Below are positions 26,225 to 38,779 of a stretch of DNA of 64,000 bases, one piece after another (positions within the stretch are counted from its first letter, which is position 1; every line of letters begins with the position of its first letter). This DNA is from Isurus oxyrinchus (taxonomy: Eukaryota): contig JANJGN010000035.1 in assembly GCA_026770705.1 (NCBI GenBank), positions 8,494,001-8,558,000 of the forward strand, given 5' to 3'. The notes beneath the pieces were generated by a model that was given only the letters and a program-made list of their open reading frames with translations, made no database searches and was not told where the DNA came from. Both the position numbers and the translations under genes were made by a program.

Positions 26225-26401
26225 CAGGTCGTGTCCCAAGATACGGTGAATCACACTACTAAATTTTCTTTTCCAATACACTTCAAGAACATATATACTT
26301 CTGAAATTATGCTGATACGATGAGATTTTAGTTTTGAATACATTCACAAAACTGAATTCAACCAATAGGATACTGAAATGCTGTGCAAGTGCAATCAGCA
26401 C
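26225..26401 (-). pseudogene. Open 177-nt phase 0-0 candidate exon (SEA-like?)
   Basis: cccag|GTG...CTG|gtgaat: VLIALAQHFSILLVEFSFVNVFKTK...VIHRILGHDL. Phase-compatible with 25109-25279. Confidence 0.5.
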
Positions 26402-27059
26402 CTGGGATTAATCCCAGAAAAATTGAATATGATGCCAAACAAGGGGGCATCATATTAACCGAACATTGAGGCCAGGTATGCAGCTGGCCTGGTCGAAATA
26501 TACAACCATTACCCGTGCTCTTTCCGGCATGATCATGATACACAATTAATTCCCTCTTTTCATACCTCTGCCCCGCTGTATGCACCCTCCCACACCTCCC
26601 CACCCAGCCCCCACACACTCAGATGCCCCCAGCATCCCTCTCTATGGTGCTCGCCTTTCAAGGCATTAGGACACTTCCAATTAACCTGTCTAAGTATGCA
26701 CGTTTAAACATCCATTTTTATCAGCATTGTCAGAATAGTAGATAATTTTAATGATTTTGCACAACATTCTAAAAAGATGTATCGCATTCAATTCAATCCT
26801 CACTTTATCGTTGTAGTTCTTACACTGCATACAACTGTTTTATCAACGGGTTATGGACAGTTCTTTATCGCGATTCTATGTGAGGGTTCCACAGAGGAAG
26901 GAAGATATTTACTGATGCTGTCTCCTGGACTCCCTGCCTGCCAATTTTGTGTTTGTCATTCAGTGGGATTGTGCGTGTGCATCCGAGCATGTGTTTGTAT
27001 GTCTTTGTGCTTTAATGCCTCTGTGTCTGCACATGCATTGTTTCACAGATCATCCAAGT

Positions 27060-27526
27060 TGCCTCTAGTGTAAGTAGTTCATAAGAAATCCATATTCCAC
27101 AATCGAATATCTATAATATCGCAAAGTGCCATGGCCCTTTGACCATCATTGCAAGTGATTCCACTGGGTTTGAATTCCATCAGCTGAGGCTTTAAAATTG
27201 TGCCAGTGTCCTGAACGGTTTTTTTGGGTTCAGCAACATAGTGATTTTGTAAAGAACATTTTTTCTCTCTCTCCGAAGTTGGCTTTAATATTGGACAATG
27301 GCTTTAATGAAAATCACACATCTGCAGTTGGAAAATAAGTTCACTGGAACAAAATGTGGAATACACAATATTGTTGACTCCTTGAACAGATTGGCAGGGA
27401 TGGATAAAACGGGTACCAGCAATGGGTCACAAATTAAGAGGAAATGCCTCGCAAAACATTTTAATTGGCTCATGATCATTTGACGAAATGTGGTGTGATC
27501 GTTGTTGAGTAGAAAATAATCCCAGC
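27060..27526 (-). pseudogene. Candidate exon with degenerate Frizzled cysteine-rich domain
   Basis: gctttgcag| acceptor. Reads AGIIFYSTT(fs)FRQMIMSQLKCFARHFLLICDPLL(fs)FIHPCQSVQGVNN..LQMCDFH*SHCP. Joins upstream PCDWDPIHPGCTQ in phase 0. Donor not identified. Confidence 0.45.
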
Positions 27527-27861
27527 CTGCAAAGCGAACAAACATATAACTTTGTTACCCCTGTGTGCAGCATTAGAAGAATCTACAAGGTTAGCTATCT
27601 GTATCCTGCTCCCTCTGAAAAAAGAAAATGCCTGGAAAGTCGAATATAGGAAAATCACCAGCAGAGATATTGAATAACAACTTATAACTAGTAAACTAAA
27701 GACTGAAAGCACTTGAAGGCCAGCTCATGTCATTATCAAAGAATGACAAGTAATCTGGAAGACATTAATAAAAACTAACCGATCTAATGCCATAAGCCAT
27801 TTTGTTGCAATTTGACCACGTTATTTCTCCGTCTAAATCCTTTTTTTCTATAGCTTATTTT

Positions 27862-27922
27862 ACTGTGTGTGTGTGCATGTGTGTGTTTGATTGTGTCTGT
27901 GTGTGTGTTTGTGTGTGTGTGG
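27862..27922. repeat. Imperfect (TG)n microsatellite
   Basis: Seen directly. Confidence 0.9.
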
Positions 27923-29135
27923 GCGCACGCAAACACCTATGTCGGCCTTTGTGTGCATGTTTATGTATTGAGGAGAAAAAGAGCAACAGTTTATATCATA
28001 TAGTTAAAAGGCTGCAGTTCATAATGTTTATGTTGCTGCTTAGTATATTCATTTTGTTTAAAACATAGTTATTAACCTGTCAAGTTCCTAAACTTGATAC
28101 TTCTTTTTGTAACCGAAATTGAACAGCTAGTTTGAATTAGGGTAAATTTTTCACCTTTGTTTCTGCTTGGAGAGCACTGGGGCTGGACATTATAGGTCAT
28201 TATGCGTAGAGGGTCAGAACAATAGATGTGGAGTGATTTACGGTCACCAGAAACATGAAAAGATAAATATGGAGACCAAAAATGCTTCAGTTCCTGACGA
28301 GCAAAATGAACTGCAGTGCAGAAAGGTCACGCCAAGCCTAGTTTTCGCTCTATTCTTCAAAGGAAAATGACTGGTGTGTATGGTACTTACAGTTGCTTGA
28401 CAAACCCGCAGCGATATAAATATATATACTGAAAAGCTTGCACGGTTTCTTGTCCTTACATTGCCCTGAATGGTTCCCCCACACTCTCACACACCCACAT
28501 GCTCACGCACTCAAACAGACAACCACTCTTCCTCCCACTCATGTATCATATACCCACTCCATATAATTCCTTAAATTCTTCAAAAAAGGAGAAGCATTTA
28601 AAATCGAAAAGTAAGCGAAGCAGCATCATCTATGCAGCTAATGGCTCAGAGAATCATAAGATCTGATCATATTTTTCATTCTAATAAAATTGAATCCATA
28701 AATAGAGGAGGATTATTTATGCAATCGCATAAATGGCAGCTATGAGCACGTTATTTTGTATATTTTTTAAAGTTGCAGCATTCTGGCTTGTTTTCTGTTC
28801 GAATTACAAAGCAAAATGTTGCATTTAGAACTCATCTGAAGTTAGATCTCACCAGTTCTAAGTAAATCTCCGAGGTGTCAAGAACAGGCTGAAAGAACAT
28901 GATAAAGCTATTTTTAAGCTTTCTAAAATTAGCCGTGACCCTAGGAAAGCTGCTACAGTTCAGGTAATCAAGTGCATTAACCGATTGTTATGAATTGATT
29001 AGATCTTCACTTTCCCTAAAAAGCAATACAAATCACATCAAACAAATTATCACCCAAAATGTTGAGCATTTGTTATCAACAAGTTAATGACTATTATCAT
29101 TAATAATGCGTTCAAGGTACAATCAAGAAACTCAC

Positions 29136-29480
29136 CTGGGTACAGCCAGGATGAATTGGATCCCAATCACATGGTAAACTTGTTTTAGGAATTGTCTAAA
29201 GATCCTGGATTATACAGTTAATGGGAGATTTACTTGCCCTGCTACCGAGGCCACAGTTGACACAGGGGGCCATCAATTGCCTGCTGTGTCATTATTGTTA
29301 TTGCAAAACGAATGAAGGCAAAATGTATTTGTGGCGGAAGTCTTGCTTATTAAAACAGAAAAAAAATGCGATTGCTGGTGGCAAATCATCACATCCCCAA
29401 CATATCACTTGACGTTGTCTTTGGACCAGAGACTGAGGAACAGCTGTCATCAGACTGCTTGGCTGCAGCCTTTCTTGCCT
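29136..29480 (-). pseudogene. Candidate exon ending in an FZ N-terminus
   Basis: Strong donor CAG|gtgagt. Ends ..IPKTSLPCDWDPIHPGCTQ. Upstream part contains stops. Confidence 0.4.
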
Positions 29481-29890
29481 CTTAAGATCAGAAGTATAAA
29501 ATGTAATTGTTCATTGCACTGTGTCCAGTACATTAACATTACCTGAATTCGTTACCCCAAAGATGCATACATGCAGAAGGGAAAAAAATCTGGACATCAT
29601 ATAGGATTTAGGGAGATGGAAAATAAAACAGTTCACATGACGCTGCAGAAGACCATGTGAAGAAGAATAATGAGAAGTCACAATAACATCTACTGACAGT
29701 TAACGGCAATATATTCGCTGCTTGTTCGGACATAACATTACTGCCTGTCACCAACAAAAAATAATCTTAACTGGGCAAGATAAATGCATGCCCTCCAAAA
29801 AAAAAAAAAAACTGGTGTCCCATCGTTTGCCTCCATAAATCGTTGTGCAAAAGCATAGCACAAATATCTTTTGAAGGACATTATTCACAC

Positions 29891-30056
29891 CTGGCTGAAT
29901 CTCCTGCAACCCTTAAGAAGCTCGATATCATCCATTTACAAGTACCCCACTTGACTAACCTCCATTTCCAAACGTAGACAGTTACTTCTTCCACCACAGG
30001 TGTGCTGTGGCTGCAGACTGCGCCTCTATGAAATGTGGAAAATATGTAAGAGATGT
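29891..30056 (-). pseudogene. Candidate exon, MAM domain C-terminus (degenerate)
   Basis: HLWWKK*L(fs)CLRLEMEVSQVGYL*MDDIELLKGC resembles MAM W..(V/I)xFE....IAIDDIxLxxGC. Confidence 0.5.
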
Positions 30057-31599
30057 CTACATGTAGCAGGAAACTACTACTTATATAATTAGCGCAACGT
30101 GGTTTCAATGTTTATCAAATTTCACGATTTATCACGAAGAGATAAAGTCTGTGTGGGTTTTAACAAACAATCAAGCACCTGAAGACAGAAAAGCGAATAA
30201 AACGTATAATTTACAAGATAAGTGTGTTTCAAAACCAATATGCAAACGTTATCAAACAACGTCTGAGACTAATGCAGCTAAAAAAGAAATGCAGTTCGCT
30301 TATGTGTCCTTATTTTTATTTGGAGGAACAGAATAAACATCAGTAATGCATCCTTAATTTTGGATTCTGGAGAGATGAATATATGGCCGAAATCGTGGAG
30401 TGAAGAAAATCTGGAATACTTAAGATGCTAGAGTTCTAAGAATACCGAGATCTCAGTAGAATTCTAACTCTGAAGAAGCTAACAGAATAATGGAGGGGAG
30501 AGATTCAACAGCAACAGTAAAAACGTAGGTATTCCGCAATCTAGATTTTTGCTTAAATCATGATCCAACTTCCTTCAGCTAGCAGAGGGGTGATGGGGCA
30601 ATTAGGAGCTCGTGAGACTACTAACAAGGATTGCAGTTGGCAAAGGATTACATTTTGAGACGTTTATTATTGGGTAGTCCTGCCTGGCTTGTGTTGGAAC
30701 AGAAAAGTGACGATTTTTTTTAAGACATAGAGATCAATGTACCAGACTGGGTTGAGGCTAAGGAGGAATCAATAAAGTCGTTGTCCTTCGAAGTATGAGG
30801 CCTCAATGATGAAGTGGATATTTATTAAGAAGCACACGCTGAGAACAATTCTAAAAACAAGATTGCAAACTGTTAGGTTCTCTAGCAGATAGTTCCAGCG
30901 TACAGGATTGGAAAAGTTTGCAATTAAATTATCAAAGGTTCTAACGGGAAAATAATTCAAATCTTCTAAATTACTGATAGCCATTTATTGGTATCATGCA
31001 TGCAATTGTATACTACATACTGAGGGTTGGTGTTAAACGAGGGAGCAGTGACTGTCAGGCAATAGTTGGGAGAAACCTTTAAAAATGTTCATTCGTTCAC
31101 AGAGTATCAGAATTTATGCAGGTAAAGATGGATACGGATTCTTCCAGATGTTTGTGGGGTATTGGAGAATAAAACGTCGTGGTACCATATACATGGAGTT
31201 TAAAAGCATATCTAGAGTTTATCAGGTATTTTTGAGACACTGTATTTTCCAGGCTCCCGCCAAGTTCTGCATGTTTTAAATTGTTATAAATCTTCCAGAT
31301 GTTTACCTAATGGCACAAAGTCACAAGTTGCAGACTGGTGTGCTTACGATTCATGTTTTCATAGTATCTTCCATGCTTGTACATGTTGGAATAATCTCTA
31401 ACAGCAGTTGTATTCAACTCTACCATTGCCATTTTAAGGCAAACACTGTTTCAATACCTTTGTCATCTGCGCCTAATGAAATGTCTTTTATTTGCCCCCA
31501 TATTACAATTGGACAACATTGCATTCAACAGTATTTACAACTCCCGATAATTTCTTGCTGAAGTGAAACCGATCTCCACAACACCAATGAAAAGAAACC

Positions 31600-32760
31600 C
31601 TTTGATCACAATTGAATTAAAACAAATTCTACTCTAACAAAATAACTAGAATTAGCAAAGGCTGTTGTTGTCGCGTACATAGGCTTCCAAAAGGTTTTTA
31701 ATAAATTTCCTGACAAGAGACCTGTGAGAAAAGTTATTGCTCGTGTATTAAAAGGGACAGGAACAACATGGGTACAAATTTGCCTGAGGATTAGCAACAG
31801 AGGGTCATAGCCAATGGATATCCTTCATGCTGGAGGAAGGCTATTTATGGAATTCACAAGGAGTCAGCTTTGGGACCCTTGCTTTCCGGAGCTTTATTAA
31901 TGATCTTGACCATAGGGTAGAGATGAAAATTTCAAATTTTACAAAACTTAGGAGCGTTGTCCACGGTGGGGAGGACAATATAGAAGTTGAAAAATACACA
32001 GGTTATTTGTTGGAGCGGGCAGGAATGTGGCACATGAAGTTCTATGCAGAGAAGCGTGGGGTGATTCATTTTATTAGGAGGAACATAGAGAGACAATTTC
32101 AAATATGGAGTACATTTTTAAGGCTGTGTAGGAAAAGAGAGAACTGGGCCTATATGTCTATTGAAGGTGTCATGACAGGTGGAAAGGAGAGTAAAACTGT
32201 AGATAAAATATGCAGAGGTTATATAGGTCATTAGTTATCCGTCAGCTGGAGAGTTGTGTCCTGGCACCACCTTATGGAAAGGCAGTGATGACATGAGAGA
32301 GGGTTCAGTAGAGGTTTACAAGAAAGATTCAAGGGATGAGAAACTTGAGTTAAACAGATCGATTACTGCTGGGACTGTTCTTCTTGGAGGGGAGAGAGCT
32401 AAGTGCTGATTTATGGAGGTGTTCACAATCATTATGGAGCTTGCTAGATTAAGTTGTTCTGCTCGTCAATGGACCGAGATGAGAGAGCACTGATTTAAAG
32501 TGATTTGCAATGAATCAATGTCATGGCAGAAAATAAATAAATAACACTGCATGTTGTTCGAGTCTCGAATGCTCTGCCTAAAACCGTGGTGTGTTAAAAA
32601 TAAGTCGAGGCATTCAAGAGAGCATTCGATGATTATTTTAACAGGAACAACATGCATTTTTATGGTGGTAAAGCCGAGGATGGCATTAAGTCATACTGCT
32701 CATTTGGAGAGCCTTTGCGGACAAAATAGTGCTTTGGCCTGTAACAATTCTGTCATTGCC
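31600..32760 (+). mobile_element. CR1 RT to 3' end, decayed
   Basis: YIGFQKVFNKFP and ORF 31827..32234 (SQGVSFGTLAFRSFINDLD..KISNF..WHMKFYAEKRGVIHF). Confidence 0.85.
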
Positions 32761-32888
32761 TGGGTTCAAACTGAATTAAATAGGGAAAGTATATTTCAAA
32801 CCAAGTTGTGTTTTTAAATGTTAATGCATCAAAGCTATGTCTCACGTAGTTACAGGCTATCACATTAACACCTGAACAAATATCTTAC

Positions 32889-33128
32889 CAAATGGAATCT
32901 GCGAAACTTGGACTCAGCTATGTAGTATGCCACACTTCCGAAATGAATCATTTCCACCCCGGAATCGCAAAGCGCTAGCAGTTGCATTCCACGTGAAGTC
33001 TTCAGACAGGATTACCACTGACAAGACTCATGTCTGTGAACCTTATCTCATTCGCATCACAACAATCATGATGTCGCAAAATCTTCAAGTTATCCAATTT
33101 TCGACAGATGAAAATCTGCTGGGCAACT
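32889..33128 (-). pseudogene. Candidate exon: degenerate LDLa followed by a MAM N-terminus
   Basis: ttttgccag|...|gtaaga, 240 nt. Reads SCPADF(fs)ICRK...(C)DHHDCCDANE ... SEDFTWNATASALRFRGGNDSFRKCGILHS. Confidence 0.45.
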
Positions 33129-33199
33129 CTGGCAAAATTAAACATAAACAATGCACTGGATGGTCTTTCTAACTGTACGTCATACACAGTAAAGCAGTA

Positions 33200-33400
33200 A
33201 CAAAAGCAATATAGCTGGAAAAAAACTCAGACGATCTGACAGCATCTGCGGAGAGGAAAACTGTTAACGTTTCAAAACTGGATGACTCTTCATCAGTACT
33301 GAGGAAATATACAAATAGGGTGTCATATTAGCTGGTTGAGAGGGGTAGAGCTGGAGAGTGGACCAGTGATAGGTGGAGGCAAAGAAGCGATTTTCAAAGT
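33200..33400 (-). mobile_element. Penelope-type terminal repeat with minimal hammerhead-like motif
   Basis: Minus 33263-33296 = CTGATGAAGAGTCATCCAGTTTTGAAACGTTAAC, with the core CUGAUGA...GAAAC intact. Confidence 0.6.
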
Positions 33401-35557
33401 GTCTTCTCTACATTCAGTGACTTAATTCACACCGGTGCCAGTTTTCAAACTGTTAAACTGAAACTGCTGCAGTCCAAGAAAACATTTCTTGTTTCCCCTT
33501 TGCAAAAGTCTCTGAAATTAACAGCCTTCTTCACTACAAATAGTTTATTTTTTTAGATTTTGATTCGTAGCTCTGCATCGCCAAGGCAATCCAGTTGATC
33601 AAAATATCATTTGGAATCCAACAATGCTAAACGTAAAAAACAAATATCAAATAAAGAAAGTAACAAACATACGATCAGTTTTCTGTCACATTACTCCTTA
33701 GCCCACCACTTAAAAGGCCATCACACAAAAATATAGTGATTGCTTCCCCCAAATATTCTGGAGGCTTAATGTTCCTCGTCCAAGATAAACAAATCAATAT
33801 GGCTGAAGTAACGACTTTTGCACAACCCTATCAAAATACGGCAGATCTTAACATTGTAATCAGGTTGAAAAACATCCTGCCATATAATAAATGATTACCT
33901 CTCCCCCGCCCGCCCCCATCCTCAACATTTTCCAATTAAACATGTGAATTGGAAGAGCCATAATGTAGAATCGTAACCAGCCTACCAAACGTGACAGGCT
34001 TCAATTTAAATACTACATACGTTCTGACAGAGCCAATGTTTTTACGAGCAAAACTTCCTAAAACACTGGTTGATTCGTTTACTTCCAATCATGCAGATTG
34101 AACTTATTTCCTGTTCTGTTTTTTTTTTCTCTTCAGCGATGTTCTTGGCTAGCAGTTCTATATCAGATTCGTGTTTTTATGGCAATTTTTAAAATCTGCA
34201 GTTGGAAAATATAGTTGGTAGATCCACGTTGCTTACTATTGTTCGTTTTGGCTATTTTGCCTTAAAAAATATTGCTAATTCCAGGCAGTACAGCTGAGTT
34301 TGGCAGCTGGCTGTTATGAACTAATAGATAAATTCCCTGTCATACTCCTTTATCCCCTCTGAATTCATCAGTTCCACAACTTTTTTTAAGCCGTACACCA
34401 GAACATCACCGGATTGTGTTGGTAGCTTGACAGACTTCCACTTTTAAAAGAAAATTATGCGCTGAAACATTCTGTTCTAATATCTATTTTTGTCCCTTGC
34501 TGAATGAATTTTACTTTTAGATTCAACTCGCTGAAAAATGCAACAGCCAAACTAACATCAGAATTGTCGTGCAGTACAACGTCTTCGACACCACTATGTT
34601 TCAATACAGGGTAACATTCCTAGCGAGAAATGTCCTCCCATACTGCTGTAAGGATGTCACTGAAGTTGATTTTTAGTATTATTTTTCAGCTCAGAGAGTT
34701 TTATAATCATTTGTATTCAGTTTTTAAAATTATGGTCGTCGTCTCCACTACCATTGTGCTCCAAAAAAACTGAACTTCGTGCAATCTCTTTCAGATAAAT
34801 TGTGCCATTTACATCTTATGATGTTCTAACGTGCGTTCAGTGAAGGACATCCGTTCCTAGAACTGTTATGTAGTTGTGTCTATCCAATCCCAATGATAAT
34901 ATGCCTTCCCTTTTTTCACCATCAGTTTCCTTACAGCAATCATGCCCTTTGTCTGGATTATTAATAAATGTTGTTTGGCAAATTACCAAACTGTCAATCC
35001 TTTTCAGCCATAGCCTGTTGTTCTAATGAACTTAGAAAAAAAATATACCAGGCAGAATTGCTGAAACTTTCAACACACCGTTAGACAGAATATCAATTTT
35101 AACATCCCGTTTACACAAAGTAATTATATAATTTGTTTCAAATCGTTCGCACATCTCTTCAGGACATCACTTCCTGCAGGATTTCTCGAAACAACTGCAG
35201 ACAGCAAAAGTCATGACAACTAAATAATTTCTAAGAAGGTACCCAGCTACTCCACAAGTAAATAACGAACGCTCAATTCGGCCAGACGCTCTTTAGAATA
35301 CTCATATTTTGAATCACCCGCTTTGGAATAACTGTGTGAACAGTTCCTAACGGAATTATTGAATACTTATTTATGCAGAGAGTTTTTTTTTGTTGCAGAT
35401 TTTTCATTTGACCTGCTTTCATCATAAACTCGGTAGATCCTGTACCTCTATTGAAAGCCAATTGCTTCCTGCCTGAACCAATAAATTTGTGATGTATAAT
35501 CTAGACAAATAAAGCAGTTACAATTCCATGCAAAAATAAAATGTTGCATCAGCTTAC

Positions 35558-35835
35558 AAAGGAAAGCAAGTCGGCTTGGCATAGCTTTTCCTGTCCTGCG
35601 TAAGCAACATTTTCTGATGGGATACTCTGCAAATGCACAAAGCTACACCGTTATGTGTGTACTTCCAAATGCCTGCATTTACATTTTGTTTTATATGGCA
35701 GAACAAACACGGAAGTGCAGTCAAATTAGAATTATCGAATAGAATTTTCAATTGTCTAACTAGAGGAGTGCCTGCATTCTTAACTTTGCCACGAGTCTTA
35801 GGAAAAAAAACATTGTTTCTCCATGAGTTCACGAA
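35558..35835 (-). pseudogene. Open candidate exon: MAM C-terminus + EGF-like
   Basis: ccgcag|...|gtaagc. LKILFDNSNLTALPC resembles a MAM end. CHIKQNVNAG..THNGVALCICRVSHQKMLLTQDRKSY resembles EGF C..NGGC....CxC..G..L..DxKSC with some Cys lost. Confidence 0.5.
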
Positions 35836-36452
35836 CTGCGGCCATTTCCAAATGTGATTTAATGCATAATCATTTGCGATTTTTGCAGCAATATATATTT
35901 TAAAACTTTACTTTGTTCCAAATTGGATGCTATTCCTGCAGGAATACATTACGTTTAACTCTTCCACCAAAATTGATCCAAAAAGTGAGTAAAGTCTTCT
36001 TCCTACTTTAGTGAGCTACACAACATGTAAAACACCATTTCATTTTCTCTGGAAAATTTGGCGAAGACTTGATTGTTTTGCTTCTTCAACTTCCTTGACT
36101 GTTCTCTAGAATGTTGTTATGGAAATTATTGGCATTAAGGCAACAATTTTCATACAGTCATAGTAATCCGATTGTTACTCCAAAAGACGTGTGTACACAA
36201 CCAAGGCTTTTAACAAGGAAATACTCTGCACCGGGAGTACCTGCTGTTCAATTCCTCTCCAGGATGTGGGCGTTGTTGGGTAAGTCGAATTTGTTGCCTA
36301 TCCATAATCGAACTTTGCCAAGTGCTGGCTCGCTGCCCTATGGAAACTTTCTCTGATGAAGGCAATGTGTTGGGCAGAAGATCAGAGTAAGTTTATCATC
36401 AGCTGGGCAGAAGAGATCTAAGTAGGCTTCTAATTTTTCTGATGGGCAGTCG

Positions 36453-36613
36453 GAGATAGATAGGTAGGTAGATATAAAGATGGATAGATATGTAGATAGA
36501 AAGACAGTTAGATATAAAGATAGAGAGATAGAGAGAGTGAGAGAGATAGGGAGATAGATAGAGAGAGAGAGAGGGAGAGAGAGAGAGGAAAGAGAGAAAG
36601 AGGGAGACAGAGA
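36453..36613. repeat. Compound (GATA)n/(GA)n purine microsatellite
   Basis: Seen directly. It generates the spurious ORFs at 36338..36734. Confidence 0.95.
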
Positions 36614-37343
36614 CATTTTGCAAGCATAACAATGTATTTTCAATAAAAGCTGGAGCTGCTTCCCTTTTAGCAATGTAACATGTCAGCTTGTAACTCTTCA
36701 GTGGTGAGATTCTCAAATGAATTGCCACCATCACTCCTTGAGATACGTCTGCTCTACCAGGTACAAATTATCCCGCCAAATCTGAGTGCATAAATTAAAC
36801 AGCAGGCCATGATCATGGTTAATTTGCTCATAATTCAATTAAAATGAGTTGTAACAATTCAAAGTTTTGAAGCTACACTGCTGCTAGAATATAATAGAGA
36901 AATGTAAATGTATCAATTAAACCATTTAGCACGTGATCTGTAAAATCATGGAATCATGCTTTCTACCTCCATATTTTGTACGAGCAGGTCAAAAATTAGA
37001 ATGAAAGTGATGGTCATCCCGATTTTAGTCACTGTGATCGACTCAGCTGATCAGTTTCAACGATTACTAACATACATAACATGAAGTTTAACGATTTTTC
37101 AACAGATTTAATTTCGGACGCAACATGGCACGGACAACGATCAAACAAATTGCATTCCTAAGGAGTGCACAATCGGCATACTTCACAAAATATCATTTCA
37201 GACTAAGGCACTCACAGTTCGCTAGGGGGAAAAATATCTCTAGTCCATTTCTATTTTAGTTCAAAAGGAATCCTGCATGTATACTGACACTTCCAAAAAG
37301 GACTGGTAGTGTTTCTATTAATTTAGTGATGCATTCTATTTAC

Positions 37344-37780
37344 CCCTCAGGTCGCCATTAGTGGTAAGGACAAGGCAATGATAACCATGCTGCTTGGAAT
37401 AATAAATACGCATTTATTTTACACTATCCAGGGTACGGAGTGTCAAAAGGCCAGCTGCTGGACAAAGAGAGGATTATTGAGGCCTGGTTTAATGCACAAC
37501 TGAAATTATGATTGTTGTGTTATGCTGTAGAGAGAAACCTATAAAAGTAATCACGTAAGAGTTGCAGAGGGCAATAGGATTGTAAATGCCAGTCCATTGA
37601 TTTGCCAGAGAGCCGAAACTACATCCTCTCTTGTTCCTCTCTTCATCTAAATAAACGCTTCACCGGGGTTTGATTCTCACAACTGAAGTAGCATTATCCA
37701 GAGGATCATGAATAGTAAGCTGCTGTGAGGTCAATGTCCCTGAATTGTAGACACTCAGAAACCATCAAGGACACATCTGC
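37344..37780 (-). pseudogene. Candidate exon: Ig C-terminal half + MAM N-terminus (degenerate)
   Basis: tttttttataag| acceptor. SVYNSGTLTSQQLTIHD(fs)SG*CYFSCENQT resembles Ig V..NGTLxI..L...DSGxYxC...N. Followed by GCSFGSLANQWTG. Confidence 0.45.
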
Positions 37781-38779
37781 CTTATAAAAAAAAATGCTAA
37801 TGTCCGAGCTCATCAGAAAATCAAACTCCAAAGACATGCACAAAAAGTTTTCAATTTTGAAGGCACAGTTCTGGCCGAAGACGTCTGTATGTCTGCAAGA
37901 ATTAAATGGGCCCTGACTCATGTAGTCACATTTTCAAGATTACATTCCGGAAAAATAAACCACCCTTTGAAAAAAAACAACATCATAGTAAATGGGAAGC
38001 CTGTCACATGTCGATTGAAGCTGCTGGAAGCTTTAACATTCTTGCTTGGAAGGTAACGCAGGCAGTCTACCATTTTACTCCCTAACAGTTATCAAAAAAA
38101 AGGGCTCTGTCCAGGTACATTTTCTGGCACTCACCTACATTGTGATTTTCTATAGCATCACAAGTTCTGTGTCTGTGCTGTAAGGGTCATTCTTCTCTAC
38201 TTAGCTTCTTTCAGTGGGGCAGTTAACGCTGCTATGAAGACTGATCACCATGTAACTATTTCATGATTCTACCGGAAGAGAGTGTCCATCATGGTTTTTA
38301 GTTCAGGAAACAGGGCACACATTATAGCCCAACTCTTATAATGATCATGTTTTGCACTTTATCCCTTTCTTTACCTTATCCCTTTGCCATTGTATGAATG
38401 CAGACGGTCGGCCCTTGCAACGTTGTTTTTGCGTTAATAATAAAGCAACTTATTTCACATTATCACAATTTTGTTGGGTGTTCTGAACCGTCAGTTATTC
38501 ACTCCAGACTGACATGTTAGGGAAGCTACGAAACAACTTCCAAACGGGGAAATGTGTAATCAAAAGTAATTCACCTTCACGGACGCGCACCGAGAGGGGG
38601 AAAAAAGTTTATTCGAAGTAATCCCTCTCCTTCCCTAACCAGAAATCTGGGGCTCGACCAGAATTGGGACAATTGGAAAATTGACCGGCGTCCACGTTAA
38701 GCGACCAGCGAAGTGAGAGGTAAAGGAGACAATGGGAAACTCAAAGATGGGGAATTCGGTGCCTAACATTATTTAAAGC

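Noticed and set aside
36338-36734. Two 111-aa Leu/Ser/Ile-rich ORFs resembling TM proteins
   Set aside because: Largely translations of the (GATA)/(GA) microsatellite.
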